A model generated the notes under the pieces. It was not told the origin of the DNA, made no database searches, and saw nothing but the letters and a program-made list of their open reading frames with translations. A stretch of 64,000 nucleotides of DNA, taken from the NCBI GenBank assembly GCA_004375695.1, contig SOKQ01000014.1, positions 2,067 to 66,066 on the forward strand, read 5' to 3'. Positions 1-7,996 of this stretch are shown one piece after another (position 1 is the first letter of the stretch; each line of letters begins with the position of its first letter). This stretch comes from Hadesarchaea archaeon (GTDB lineage Archaea > Hadarchaeota > Hadarchaeia > Hadarchaeales > Hadarchaeaceae). Made by a program: the position numbers and the translations under genes.

Positions 1-48
1 CAGCTTGGGGTGCTGGTGACTCGGATTCAAATTCCGGCGGCCCCACCA
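1..48 (+). tRNA. tRNA-Pro(GGG), 3' part only (window starts inside the gene), CCA encoded
   Basis: Read by eye: anticodon arm (c)cagc-TTGGGGT-gctgg, T-arm tcgga-TTCAAAT-tccgg, acceptor 3' strand cggcccc, A, CCA. Confidence 0.6.
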
Positions 49-159
49 CTATTTCCGCTTCCAGAGCGCATAGATGACGAGAACTGATGGCAGAATCACC
101 AACGCTGCAACGAACGCGTAGAAAATCACAAGCGCCAGTCTAGTGACTCCATAGGTCAT
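49..159 (-). CDS. Small single-TM protein (36 aa, MTYGVTRLALVIFYAFVAALVILPSVLVIYALWKRK)
   Basis: ATG-to-TAG ORF below the track cutoff with a hydrophobic core; lies downstream of the wHTH gene on the same strand. Confidence 0.25.
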   Translation of the reverse strand: MTYGVTRLALVIFYAFVAALVILPSVLVIYALWKRK

Positions 160-246
160 GAAACCACTTACCAAGAACACACAAAGCAGAAAAGGTATGG
201 CCTTCGTTCGACTGCTCCTGTCACCCTCTCCATCATCTTTGCATCC

Positions 247-585
247 TCAAGCACGTCGTATGCGCACTTCCAGTCTGCGCAACCGCCGGTGCATCTCCTT
301 TTTTGTGGACCTGATTAGCTCGTTTGTCCGAAGTGCGAGATAGCGATAGGCTAGCTTCCCTTTTTTGGTAATCACTCTTTTTCTCCTGATGAGGCGGAGA
401 TGGAGGAGGAGTTTCAGATGGGTTCTTATCGCTCGCTCAGAATTTTTGCTCCGCGCGACTATTTCCGATACCAAAAGTCCCCTTTTACTTCTCGCCAAAA
501 TGTTAAGAATTTTCCTACCCGTGCCACGAATGTTGAAAAACCCAGATATCTCCGTGATAAGATTGCCCGCCCCCATTTTTATCAC
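247..585 (-). CDS. Winged-helix (ArsR/MarR-like) transcriptional regulator
   Basis: 112-aa ORF; LLVSEIVARSKNSERAIRTHLKLL..GKLAYRY pattern typical of wHTH; divergent from the radical SAM gene. Confidence 0.55.
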   Translation of the reverse strand: MIKMGAGNLITEISGFFNIRGTGRKILNILARSKRGLLVSEIVARSKNSERAIRTHLKLLLHLRLIRRKRVITKKGKLAYRYLALRTNELIRSTKKEMHRRLRRLEVRIRRA

Positions 586-666
586 GTTTACTCATGCGAA
601 AAAACCTAAATATCTTGTGGCCCAACTTCTATGCAGGATAATTTGCACCCCAGTTGGAGGTACTGG

Positions 667-2160
667 ATGAGTGAGATAGTTCTAACTGCAGATCGTTCGC
701 TGATGTCCGATTACGGCGGCGGCATATTCGTTGGTTTCGCTGCCTGCGCACCCAAGTTGATACCCGAGTGGTTATACAAACGATTGCTCTGCCCGCCGAT
801 TCCTGAGCACGATGGTATCGCGAAATTCGCCCCTTGCGGAACTAGGAAGATCGAAGCAGCCTTACTTGAGAAAGGGTTTGACATCTCTGTCGCACACCCC
901 GAGCACTTACATAAAGTTATCAATGAGGAGACCAAGGCAGTAGGAATCACGGCTAACGATCCCCTTGGCTTGGGGCCCGCCTCTTCAACATTCAGCGGTT
1001 TGATAAGAAAGGAGACTTACACGGCGTTTTATCACCGGAAGCTCCTCGCAAATTCTTCGCTCAGAGAAAATGGAGCGAAGGTGATAGCTGGGGGCCCCGG
1101 CGCATGGCAACTTGCGGATGAACGGATAATGACCAAGCTCGGCATAGATTGTGTCGTTGTTGGTGAAGGCGAGATAACCGCAGTAGAGATGTTCGAGCGA
1201 GCGTTGAACGGTGAAAAGCTACCGAGAGTTGTAGACGGAGAGGTTGTGCCCCTTAAGCGGATCCCCTCTATTAAAAATCCAACTATATGCGGGCTCGTTG
1301 AGATCGCACGAGGTTGCGGGAGGGGATGTAAATTCTGCATTCCCACTCTTTTGAATTATAGATACAGACCGATAAAGCAAATCCTAGATGAAATCAAAGT
1401 CAACCTCAACGCTGGAGCTGAGGGGGCGTTATTACATGCAGAAGATGTTCTCAGATATGGTGCCAAAGGTGTGATTCCAGACGAAGAGAAAGTCACGAAA
1501 CTTTTTAGAGCGGCACTGAAGCTGACAAATAATGTCTGGCTCTCTCACATTGCTTTTGCATCCGTGATGGCGAAGCCCAGCCTCATCGAGCGCCTAACTG
1601 AGATGCTGAATTCAAAATCCAATAAGGAGCTGCGGATATCGAGTCAAGTGGGTATAGAAACAGGATCTCCAAGGCTGGTGAGGGAACACATGAGCGGCAA
1701 GGTGGCCCCTTTCAAACCCGATGAGTGGCCGGAGGTGGTGGTGGAAGCCCATAAGTTGTTGTGCGATAACAACTGGCAGCCGTGTTCGACGTTGATAATG
1801 GGGCTCCCCAAGGAAACTTCTGAGGATGTCATGAAAACAGTTGAGCTAGTCGAACGCCTGGATGAGTACAACTCCCTCATCGTTCCCCTTTTCTTCGTGC
1901 CGATAGGTGCGCTGGATACGAAGAAATTTTTCACGGTCGAGGACATGTTGCCGGAGCACTGGATGCTGCTCGGGGCCTGCGTGAAACATGACATGAAGTG
2001 GGTTGGCGAAATGGCAGACGGCTACTTCCAGAGCCGCCCTATACAAAAAATCCTAGTCGGAAAATTCATCTTGAACTTGATGAAGAAAAAACTGAAACCA
2101 TACATAAAGCAGATGGAGCAGGGAATAAATCCGCTGTCCAAACAGCACCCTAAAGATTAA
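667..2160 (+). CDS. Radical SAM protein with N-terminal B12-binding-like domain
   Basis: CxxxCxxC motif (GCGRGCKFC) in the 509-aa ORF; start placed at the second ATG (MSEIVLTAD). Confidence 0.75.
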   Translation: MSEIVLTADRSLMSDYGGGIFVGFAACAPKLIPEWLYKRLLCPPIPEHDGIAKFAPCGTRKIEAALLEKGFDISVAHPEHLHKVINEETKAVGITANDPLGLGPASSTFSGLIRKETYTAFYHRKLLANSSLRENGAKVIAGGPGAWQLADERIMTKLGIDCVVVGEGEITAVEMFERALNGEKLPRVVDGEVVPLKRIPSIKNPTICGLVEIARGCGRGCKFCIPTLLNYRYRPIKQILDEIKVNLNAGAEGALLHAEDVLRYGAKGVIPDEEKVTKLFRAALKLTNNVWLSHIAFASVMAKPSLIERLTEMLNSKSNKELRISSQVGIETGSPRLVREHMSGKVAPFKPDEWPEVVVEAHKLLCDNNWQPCSTLIMGLPKETSEDVMKTVELVERLDEYNSLIVPLFFVPIGALDTKKFFTVEDMLPEHWMLLGACVKHDMKWVGEMADGYFQSRPIQKILVGKFILNLMKKKLKPYIKQMEQGINPLSKQHPKD

Positions 2161-2194
2161 ACGATTTGCTGTTGGTAAGTTTAAAGGGACCTCG

Positions 2195-3022
2195 ATGCTG
2201 TTAAAGGTCGCCCTCATTGGTTGTGGCGCAATAGGCACGGTGCTAGCTCAAGCCATCGACGAAGGTAGGGCTGGCAAAGCTGAACTCGCTTGGCTTTATG
2301 ACTTAAAATCAGAGAAATCCGAGGAGCTGGCGAAAAAACTGAGTTTAAAGCCCCGGATAGCAAGAGGTGTGGCGGAGATATACGCCGACAAAACCGTGGA
2401 CTTGGTCATCGAAGCAGCCGCCCAGCTGGCGGTCAAGCAATACTCGCTCGATATCCTTCGCTCAGGTAAAGATCTTATGGTGATGAGCGTGGGAGCATTT
2501 GCGGACGAGAAGCTGTTGAACGCTGCACACAACGCAGCTGAACAAAGTGGTCGTAGGATCTACATTCCATCAGGTGCTGTGTTGGGCATCGATGGGATAA
2601 AAGCGGCCGAGCTAGGCGAAATCAAGGAGGCAACGTTGACAACACGGAAGCCGCCCGCAGCGCTAGCTTACACCGCGTACCTAAAGGAGCGCGACATCAA
2701 GCTGAGGGGACTTAAAAAACCCCGCATTGTGTTCGCAGGATCCGCCCGGGAAGCAGTCAAAGCATTTCCCCGAAGCGTTAATGTAGCAGCAACCCTGAGC
2801 TTGGCTGGCATAGGGCTCGACAAAACAAAAGTTCGCATCATCGCCGACCCAAAGCTCGACCGCAATGTACACAAAATCCGAGTTCGAGGCAAGGCGGGCG
2901 AGCTCGTCACCGAGGCGCGGAATGTGTCGTTCCCCGATGTCCCAAGGACGAGCTACCTCGCGGCGCTCTCGGCTATTCAGACTCTACGAAACCTGAGCGA
3001 GAGTATTCGTGTGGGGACATAA
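2195..3022 (+). CDS. nadX: L-aspartate dehydrogenase
   Basis: N-terminal Rossmann VALIGCGAIG; size 275 aa; directly upstream of nadA-nadC. Confidence 0.75.
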   Translation: MLLKVALIGCGAIGTVLAQAIDEGRAGKAELAWLYDLKSEKSEELAKKLSLKPRIARGVAEIYADKTVDLVIEAAAQLAVKQYSLDILRSGKDLMVMSVGAFADEKLLNAAHNAAEQSGRRIYIPSGAVLGIDGIKAAELGEIKEATLTTRKPPAALAYTAYLKERDIKLRGLKKPRIVFAGSAREAVKAFPRSVNVAATLSLAGIGLDKTKVRIIADPKLDRNVHKIRVRGKAGELVTEARNVSFPDVPRTSYLAALSAIQTLRNLSESIRVGT

Positions 3023-3064
3023 CTTTATAAATTTTGAATATTGCCTAATCTTGAGGGCTTAATC

Positions 3065-3997
3065 ATGAACCCCGAACAGATAAAAAATGCCATCCTGAAG
3101 CTGAAGGACGAGCACAACGCGATTATCCTCGCCCACAACTACCAGCGGGAGGAAATCCAACTCCTCGCCGATTACATAGGGGACTCGCTCGATCTGGCTA
3201 GGTACTCCGCGAAAGTCGATGCCTCCCTCATTCTATTTTGTGGGGTCGATTTCATGGCGGAAACCGCGGCGATCCTGAACCCCAAAAAAACCGTGTTGAT
3301 CCCGGACCCAGAAGCCAGATGCCCCATGGCAGCTCAACTTCCGGCGCAGCTTGTGCGTGAAGCAAAACGGGAACATCCCGGTGCCGCCGTGGTGCTTTAC
3401 GTCAATACGCTGGCCGAGGCTAGGGCTGAGGCCGATGTCACCTGCACCTCGGCGAACGCTCCGCTTATAGTCAACGCTCTTGACGAAGAGGAGATTCTCT
3501 TCGGCCCCGATCGAAATCTCGCTTGGTTCGTGCAGCAACGCAGCGACAAAAAAATCATCCCACTCCCTGACCGCGGTTATTGCTACGTGCACCGAATGTT
3601 CTCTCCCGCAGATATCATGCTGCTGAAGGAGCGCTACCCGGATGCTGAAGTGCTGGTACACCCTGAGTGCGACCCCGAAGTCCAGAATCTTGCCTCACAC
3701 ATCTGCAGCACGAGTCAGATGCTACTTCGAGCCAAGGCATCGCCAGCCAAGCGATTTATCATCGTCACTGAGGTTGGATTGGTCGATCGGCTTCGACGTG
3801 AGTTCCCCGACAAGGAGTTCATCCCCGCGCTCGAGACGGCGGTGTGCAAACAAATGAAAAAGCACACTCTCGAAAAACTTTACCTCGCCCTGCGGGATAA
3901 GAAGCATGTGGTACGCGTGCCACCAAATATAGCTACCAAGGCGCGCGCGGCCACCGAACGCATGCTCGAGATCTCAGGGAGGGCCACCCATGACTAA
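3065..3997 (+). CDS. nadA: Quinolinate synthase
   Basis: ILAHNYQ, FCGVDFMAETA and TSQM motifs; start moved to ATG at 3065. Confidence 0.9.
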   Translation: MNPEQIKNAILKLKDEHNAIILAHNYQREEIQLLADYIGDSLDLARYSAKVDASLILFCGVDFMAETAAILNPKKTVLIPDPEARCPMAAQLPAQLVREAKREHPGAAVVLYVNTLAEARAEADVTCTSANAPLIVNALDEEEILFGPDRNLAWFVQQRSDKKIIPLPDRGYCYVHRMFSPADIMLLKERYPDAEVLVHPECDPEVQNLASHICSTSQMLLRAKASPAKRFIIVTEVGLVDRLRREFPDKEFIPALETAVCKQMKKHTLEKLYLALRDKKHVVRVPPNIATKARAATERMLEISGRATHD

Positions 3998-4880
3998 CGC
4001 GTTTGTAAGGAAAAAAATCCGCGAAATGTTGGCGGAGGACTTAGGTTCTGGCGATATAACATCTAAAGCTCTCCTCTCGTCTAAGGTCAAGGCTAAAGCC
4101 AAAATTGTTGCCGGGCAGCCTGGGGTACTAGCTGGGGTAAGCGAGGCGATGATGGCCTTTGATGAAGTCGGGGTACAAGCGAAAGCCCTCAAGTCCGATG
4201 GGCAACAAATCAAGGCTGGAGATGTGATCCTGCGCCTCGATGGTCCGGCTAGAAGCATCTTCGCGGCCGAGCGAGTGGCGCTTAATTTGCTGATGCGCAT
4301 GAGCGGCATCGCAACGGCGACGCAAGGGCTCATCAATCAAGCTAGGACGAAAAACCCCAATGTTGTGATAGCGGCTACGCGAAAAACTGCCCCCCTATTT
4401 ACCTACTTCGACAAACGCGCGGTTCAGGTTGCTGGTGGAGAGCCCCACCGATACAAACTCAGCGACCACATCCTGATCAAGGGCAATCACCTCAGGCTAG
4501 TCGGTTCGGTGAGTAAAGCAGTCCTCCAAGCGCGTGAAGGCAGCCCGGTGAAGAAGGTGGAAGTTGAAGTAAGCAAGCCGGATGACGCATATGAAGCAGC
4601 CCGTGCAGGTGCGGATGTGGTAATGCTCGACAACATGAAGCCGGCAAACATCATACGCGCGATAAAGATACTTAAGCGAGGAGGGCTGCGGAATCGGGTC
4701 ACACTTGAAGCTTCAGGGGGAATCAATCCCTCAAACGTGGAGAGCTACGTGGCGACCGGTGTGGATGTGATATCATCGAGTTACATCACCATGCGGGCTC
4801 CCGCGCTGGACATGAGGTTGGAACTGAACAGCAAGAGTTTTAAGCCCTCCGCTGGCATGAGGAAGCAGAAATCGAGGTGA
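3990..4880 (+). CDS. nadC: Nicotinate-nucleotide (quinolinate) pyrophosphorylase
   Basis: 296 aa with ATRKT, MLDN and EASGGI motifs; overlaps the nadA stop. Confidence 0.9.
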   Translation: MTNAFVRKKIREMLAEDLGSGDITSKALLSSKVKAKAKIVAGQPGVLAGVSEAMMAFDEVGVQAKALKSDGQQIKAGDVILRLDGPARSIFAAERVALNLLMRMSGIATATQGLINQARTKNPNVVIAATRKTAPLFTYFDKRAVQVAGGEPHRYKLSDHILIKGNHLRLVGSVSKAVLQAREGSPVKKVEVEVSKPDDAYEAARAGADVVMLDNMKPANIIRAIKILKRGGLRNRVTLEASGGINPSNVESYVATGVDVISSSYITMRAPALDMRLELNSKSFKPSAGMRKQKSR

Positions 4881-4884
4881 ACCG

Positions 4885-5100
4885 ATGGCAGAGCTCACAC
4901 CCCTTAGCCAAAAAGTACACGAAGCACTTAAAAAGCTCGGCGCCACGAATCCAGATGCGCTGAGGACCACAGACGACGTTGTGCGCGTGACTCGCCTACC
5001 AAAGGGCATGACGAACAACGCGCTGATGGATCTCATCGCAAAGGGGTATGCGAAACGCGTGACGCGACAGAAGACCGCAGGCTACTACGCCACGAAATGA
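4885..5100 (+). CDS. Small winged-helix-like DNA-binding protein
   Basis: 71-aa ORF tightly following nadC; helix-turn-wing pattern (MTNNALMDLIAKGYAKRV..GYY). Confidence 0.4.
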   Translation: MAELTPLSQKVHEALKKLGATNPDALRTTDDVVRVTRLPKGMTNNALMDLIAKGYAKRVTRQKTAGYYATK

Positions 5101-5190
5101 CTAGTTGCGATGTCTTCTTCCGCTGTTAATCCAATTTTACAAGGCGAGCTGGAGCTAGGTTTAATCTCTTGAAAAATAGAAATAAACTCG

Positions 5191-6300
5191 ATGAAGCGAG
5201 TTGGTGTTGCTGAGCTGTCCCTGCACGGTGGTCGATGTCCACCTTGGTTGTTTAGTCGGATGAAGCGTTTGGGCGGGGCAATAGCCGAGATAATCGTGCA
5301 CGAATACGGGAGGCAGGAATTTATCAGGAGAATGAGCGATCCTTTCTTTTTTCAAGCTCTGGGGTGTACACTTGGGTTTGACTGGCATTCATCGGGATTG
5401 ACCACTACCGTATGTGGTGCGCTGAAGGAGGCGATAAAACCCGAGGGGCTCGGCGTCGCTGTTTGTGGAGGAAAAGGTAAGGTTTCGAAGCGAACGCCGA
5501 ACGAAATTCAAAAACTCGCGGATATTTTCTCCCTCTCCTCCCAAAAAGTTGAATCTCTCAGGTACGCGAGCAAGATGGCCGCGAAGATTGACAACGCTTG
5601 CGTGCAGGATGGGTACCAGCTTTATCACCACGTTTTCGTGCTCAGCGAAGATGGGGATTGGGCCGTGGTGCAGCAGGGAATGCATGAGCGGCTGGCTAGG
5701 CGCTACCACTGGCTTTCGGAGGGCGTCCACAGTTTCGTTGAGGAGCCGCACTCGGGTATTGTAGGCGATCGCCGGGAGGAAGTGGTTCTCGACATGACCG
5801 CGCGCGAGAGCGGTGAAGCGAGAAAATCTAGTTTAGACCTCGTGCGTGACGATCCGAAGCGGTTGGGGAGTTATGTCCGAGAAGCAGAACAGCGGTCACT
5901 CGATGAATACCTCGAGCGCTCGCCCCAAGTGCGCACCCTCATCATGCCGACTCAGCACACTATTTCAGAGCTCACCGAGCGGACGATGACGGCGCTTCGC
6001 AAAGCCTATGAGTTTCAGCCCGAAAGCTACGAGAAGCTGGTTGCGATCAGGGGGATCGGGCCAAAGGCTGTGCGAGCCCTCGCCCTTGTTTCTGACTTGA
6101 TTTACGGGGAACCGCCTTCATGGGAAGACCCGGCACGCTTTTCTTTCGCGCACGGGGGAAAAGATGGAATCCCGTATCCTGTGGATAGAAGAACCTACCA
6201 AAAAACAATCGAAATCCTCGAAAGTGCTGTCCAAGGGGTAAAGGTTGATCGAAAGGAGAAGTTAAGTGCTATCCGCAGATTGCACGAGTTTCTCGAGTGA
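5191..6300 (+). CDS. DUF763-family protein
   Basis: N-terminus LSLHGGRCPPWLF..M..LGGAI and C-terminal GIGPKAVRALAL helix-hairpin-helix match my recollection of DUF763. Confidence 0.6.
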   Translation: MKRVGVAELSLHGGRCPPWLFSRMKRLGGAIAEIIVHEYGRQEFIRRMSDPFFFQALGCTLGFDWHSSGLTTTVCGALKEAIKPEGLGVAVCGGKGKVSKRTPNEIQKLADIFSLSSQKVESLRYASKMAAKIDNACVQDGYQLYHHVFVLSEDGDWAVVQQGMHERLARRYHWLSEGVHSFVEEPHSGIVGDRREEVVLDMTARESGEARKSSLDLVRDDPKRLGSYVREAEQRSLDEYLERSPQVRTLIMPTQHTISELTERTMTALRKAYEFQPESYEKLVAIRGIGPKAVRALALVSDLIYGEPPSWEDPARFSFAHGGKDGIPYPVDRRTYQKTIEILESAVQGVKVDRKEKLSAIRRLHEFLE

Positions 6301-6337
6301 AACCTTAAGAGTTCAAAAATCCTAATTTTTACTTGGC

Positions 6338-6454
6338 CCCGCGGTAACTCAGTTTGGTAGAGTGGTCGGCTGTAGACCCAAGCCGAAACCGACAGGATCG
6401 TCTAAAAGGCGATCCCGGGATATGTCGCCGGTTCAAATCCGGCCCGCGGGACCA
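6338..6454 (+). tRNA. tRNA-Tyr(GTA) with apparently two introns, CCA encoded
   Basis: Acceptor CCCGCGG/CCGCGGG, D-arm ACTC..GAGT, anticodon arm GTCGG-CTGTAG[~12 nt]A-CCGAC, then ~28 extra nt (hairpin ggatcg..cgatcc) before T-arm GCCGG-TTCAAAT-CCGGC. Confidence 0.65.
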
Positions 6455-6488
6455 CTCACCTTTTTAACCTGAAAATCAAGAATTAATC

Positions 6489-6612
6489 GGACTGGCGGTC
6501 ATAGCGGCGGGGCAACACCCGGTCTCGTCAGACCCCGGAAGTTAAGCCTGCCAGCGATTCGGACTGTACTCTTGTGCGAGAGCCAATGGGAACTCCGAGA
6601 CGCTGCCAGTCC
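6489..6612 (+). rRNA. rrf: 5S ribosomal RNA (orphan, not next to 16S/23S)
   Basis: Terminal helix ggactggcgg/ctgccagtcc; internal CCCGGAAGTTAAGC and GGGAAC 5S signatures; ~124 nt. Confidence 0.85.
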
Positions 6613-6654
6613 ACCTGAATAAACTTATTATTGGCACGACCCAGTTTTATTTGG

Positions 6655-6729
6655 GCCCTGGTGGTGTAGACCGGTCTAACATGCAGGCCTGTCGAGCCTG
6701 CGCCTCGGGTTCAAATCCCGGCCAGGGCG
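6655..6729 (+). tRNA. tRNA-Asp(GTC)
   Basis: Acceptor GCCCTGG/CCAGGGC, anticodon arm CAGGC-CTGTCGA-GCCTG, T-arm TCGGG-TTCAAAT-CCCGG. Confidence 0.9.
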
Positions 6730-6835
6730 TCTCAATAAGTTATTGTTAACTTATTTGGCCCAGACACAATGCCTTAACACACAAAAAAGCGGGGTATGTT
6801 AGGCGAGATAAACCGGCTGTACAAAGCGATATCAA

Positions 6836-7391
6836 ATGGACATGATTACAATATTTGTAATAGCGTTTGGATTGGCAATGGATGCTTTTGCCGTATCCAT
6901 CACAAGCGGAACAATAATAAAATACCCAAAAATCAATAATTCCCTAAAGATCAATGTTTTTTGGATTATTTCAGGCGGTCATGCTGTTAATGGGGTGGTT
7001 AGCGGGGTCTAGCCTGAAAGATTTTATTGCAGGTTCTGATCATTGGATAGCTTTTGGGCTTCTGAGTCTGGTTGGTTGTAAAATGATTTATGAGTCAATT
7101 AAATCAGAATCAAGCAAAAAAGAAACCAACCCGCTGAATGTTCATGTCTTGTTGATATTCTCCGTTGCTACAAGTATTGACGCTTTGGTAGTTGGGGTAA
7201 GCTTTGCGTTTTAAAAAATTTTTATTGTGGTTTCAATAATAGTAATTGGAACCGTAACATTTCTGTTATCGTTTCTCGGCGTTTTTGCTGGTAATAAATT
7301 TGGACACCTTTTTAAGAATAAAATAGAAATCGTGGGAGGTCTCATTTTAATTAGTATCGGAATAAAAATACTGATTGAACATTTAGTCTAG
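6836..7391 (+). pseudogene. mntP: Manganese efflux pump MntP (DUF204), disrupted by one frameshift and one in-frame stop
   Basis: MDMITIFVIAFGLAMDAFAVSITSG (frame 2) continues as FFGLFQAVMLLMGWLAG in ORF 6954..7214 after a T6 run near 6950. TAA at 7212-7214, then in-frame ...VVSIIVIGTVTFLLSFLGVFAGNKFG...ILIEHLV to 7391. Confidence 0.7.
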
Positions 7392-7656
7392 AGGATGCCA
7401 GTTCACATCGCATAACGGGCTCCTTTTAATCGTTAATTTCGTTTCTTATTTTATGCCTTGTCGCTAGTCCTATCAGACTGTACCATTCATCATTTAGGTT
7501 CAAGTTTATCCTTGCGGATTTTGAAAGTAATCGTGGAGCAATCTCTAAACTTCAGGTCAAATAAGTTAACAGTACCCTCATTTAGAAAGTCTTAAATGCA
7601 CTTCCGATGATTTTAAATAGCGAAAAACATAAAAGGAGAGGTTAAGCCGCTTTCTT

Positions 7657-7731
7657 GGGCCCGTAGCGCAGTCTGGCTAGCGCACCGGCCTTTTAAGCCG
7701 GGTGTCGAGGGTTCGAATCCCTCCGGGCCCG
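7657..7731 (+). tRNA. tRNA-Lys(TTT)
   Basis: Acceptor GGGCCCG/CGGGCCC, anticodon arm CCGGC-CTTTTAA-GCCGG, T-arm with TTCGAAT loop. Confidence 0.9.
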
Positions 7732-7756
7732 TTGTGGAGCGGTGTGCGGGGAGAGT

Positions 7757-7996
7757 ATGTCAGCTAAATTTGATGTTGAGCAGCATGCGCTCGTGCCAAA
7801 ACATGAGATATTGTCGAAGGAGAAAACGCAAGAGGTCCTTGCGCGCTACAAGATTTCTCCTCACCAGCTTCCGTTCATCAAAAGTTCCGATTCCGCAGCT
7901 AAAGCCATAGGGGCCAAGCCAGGCGACATCCTCCAAATCACCCGTAACAGTCTCACAGCGGGGAAAGCAGTCGCGTACAGGTATGTGATCAAGTAG
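7757..7996 (+). CDS. rpoH: DNA-directed RNA polymerase subunit H (Rpo5)
   Basis: HALVPKHEILSKEK..LPFIKSSDSAAKAIGAKPGDILQITR motif; immediately upstream of rpoB. Confidence 0.9.
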   Translation: MSAKFDVEQHALVPKHEILSKEKTQEVLARYKISPHQLPFIKSSDSAAKAIGAKPGDILQITRNSLTAGKAVAYRYVIK

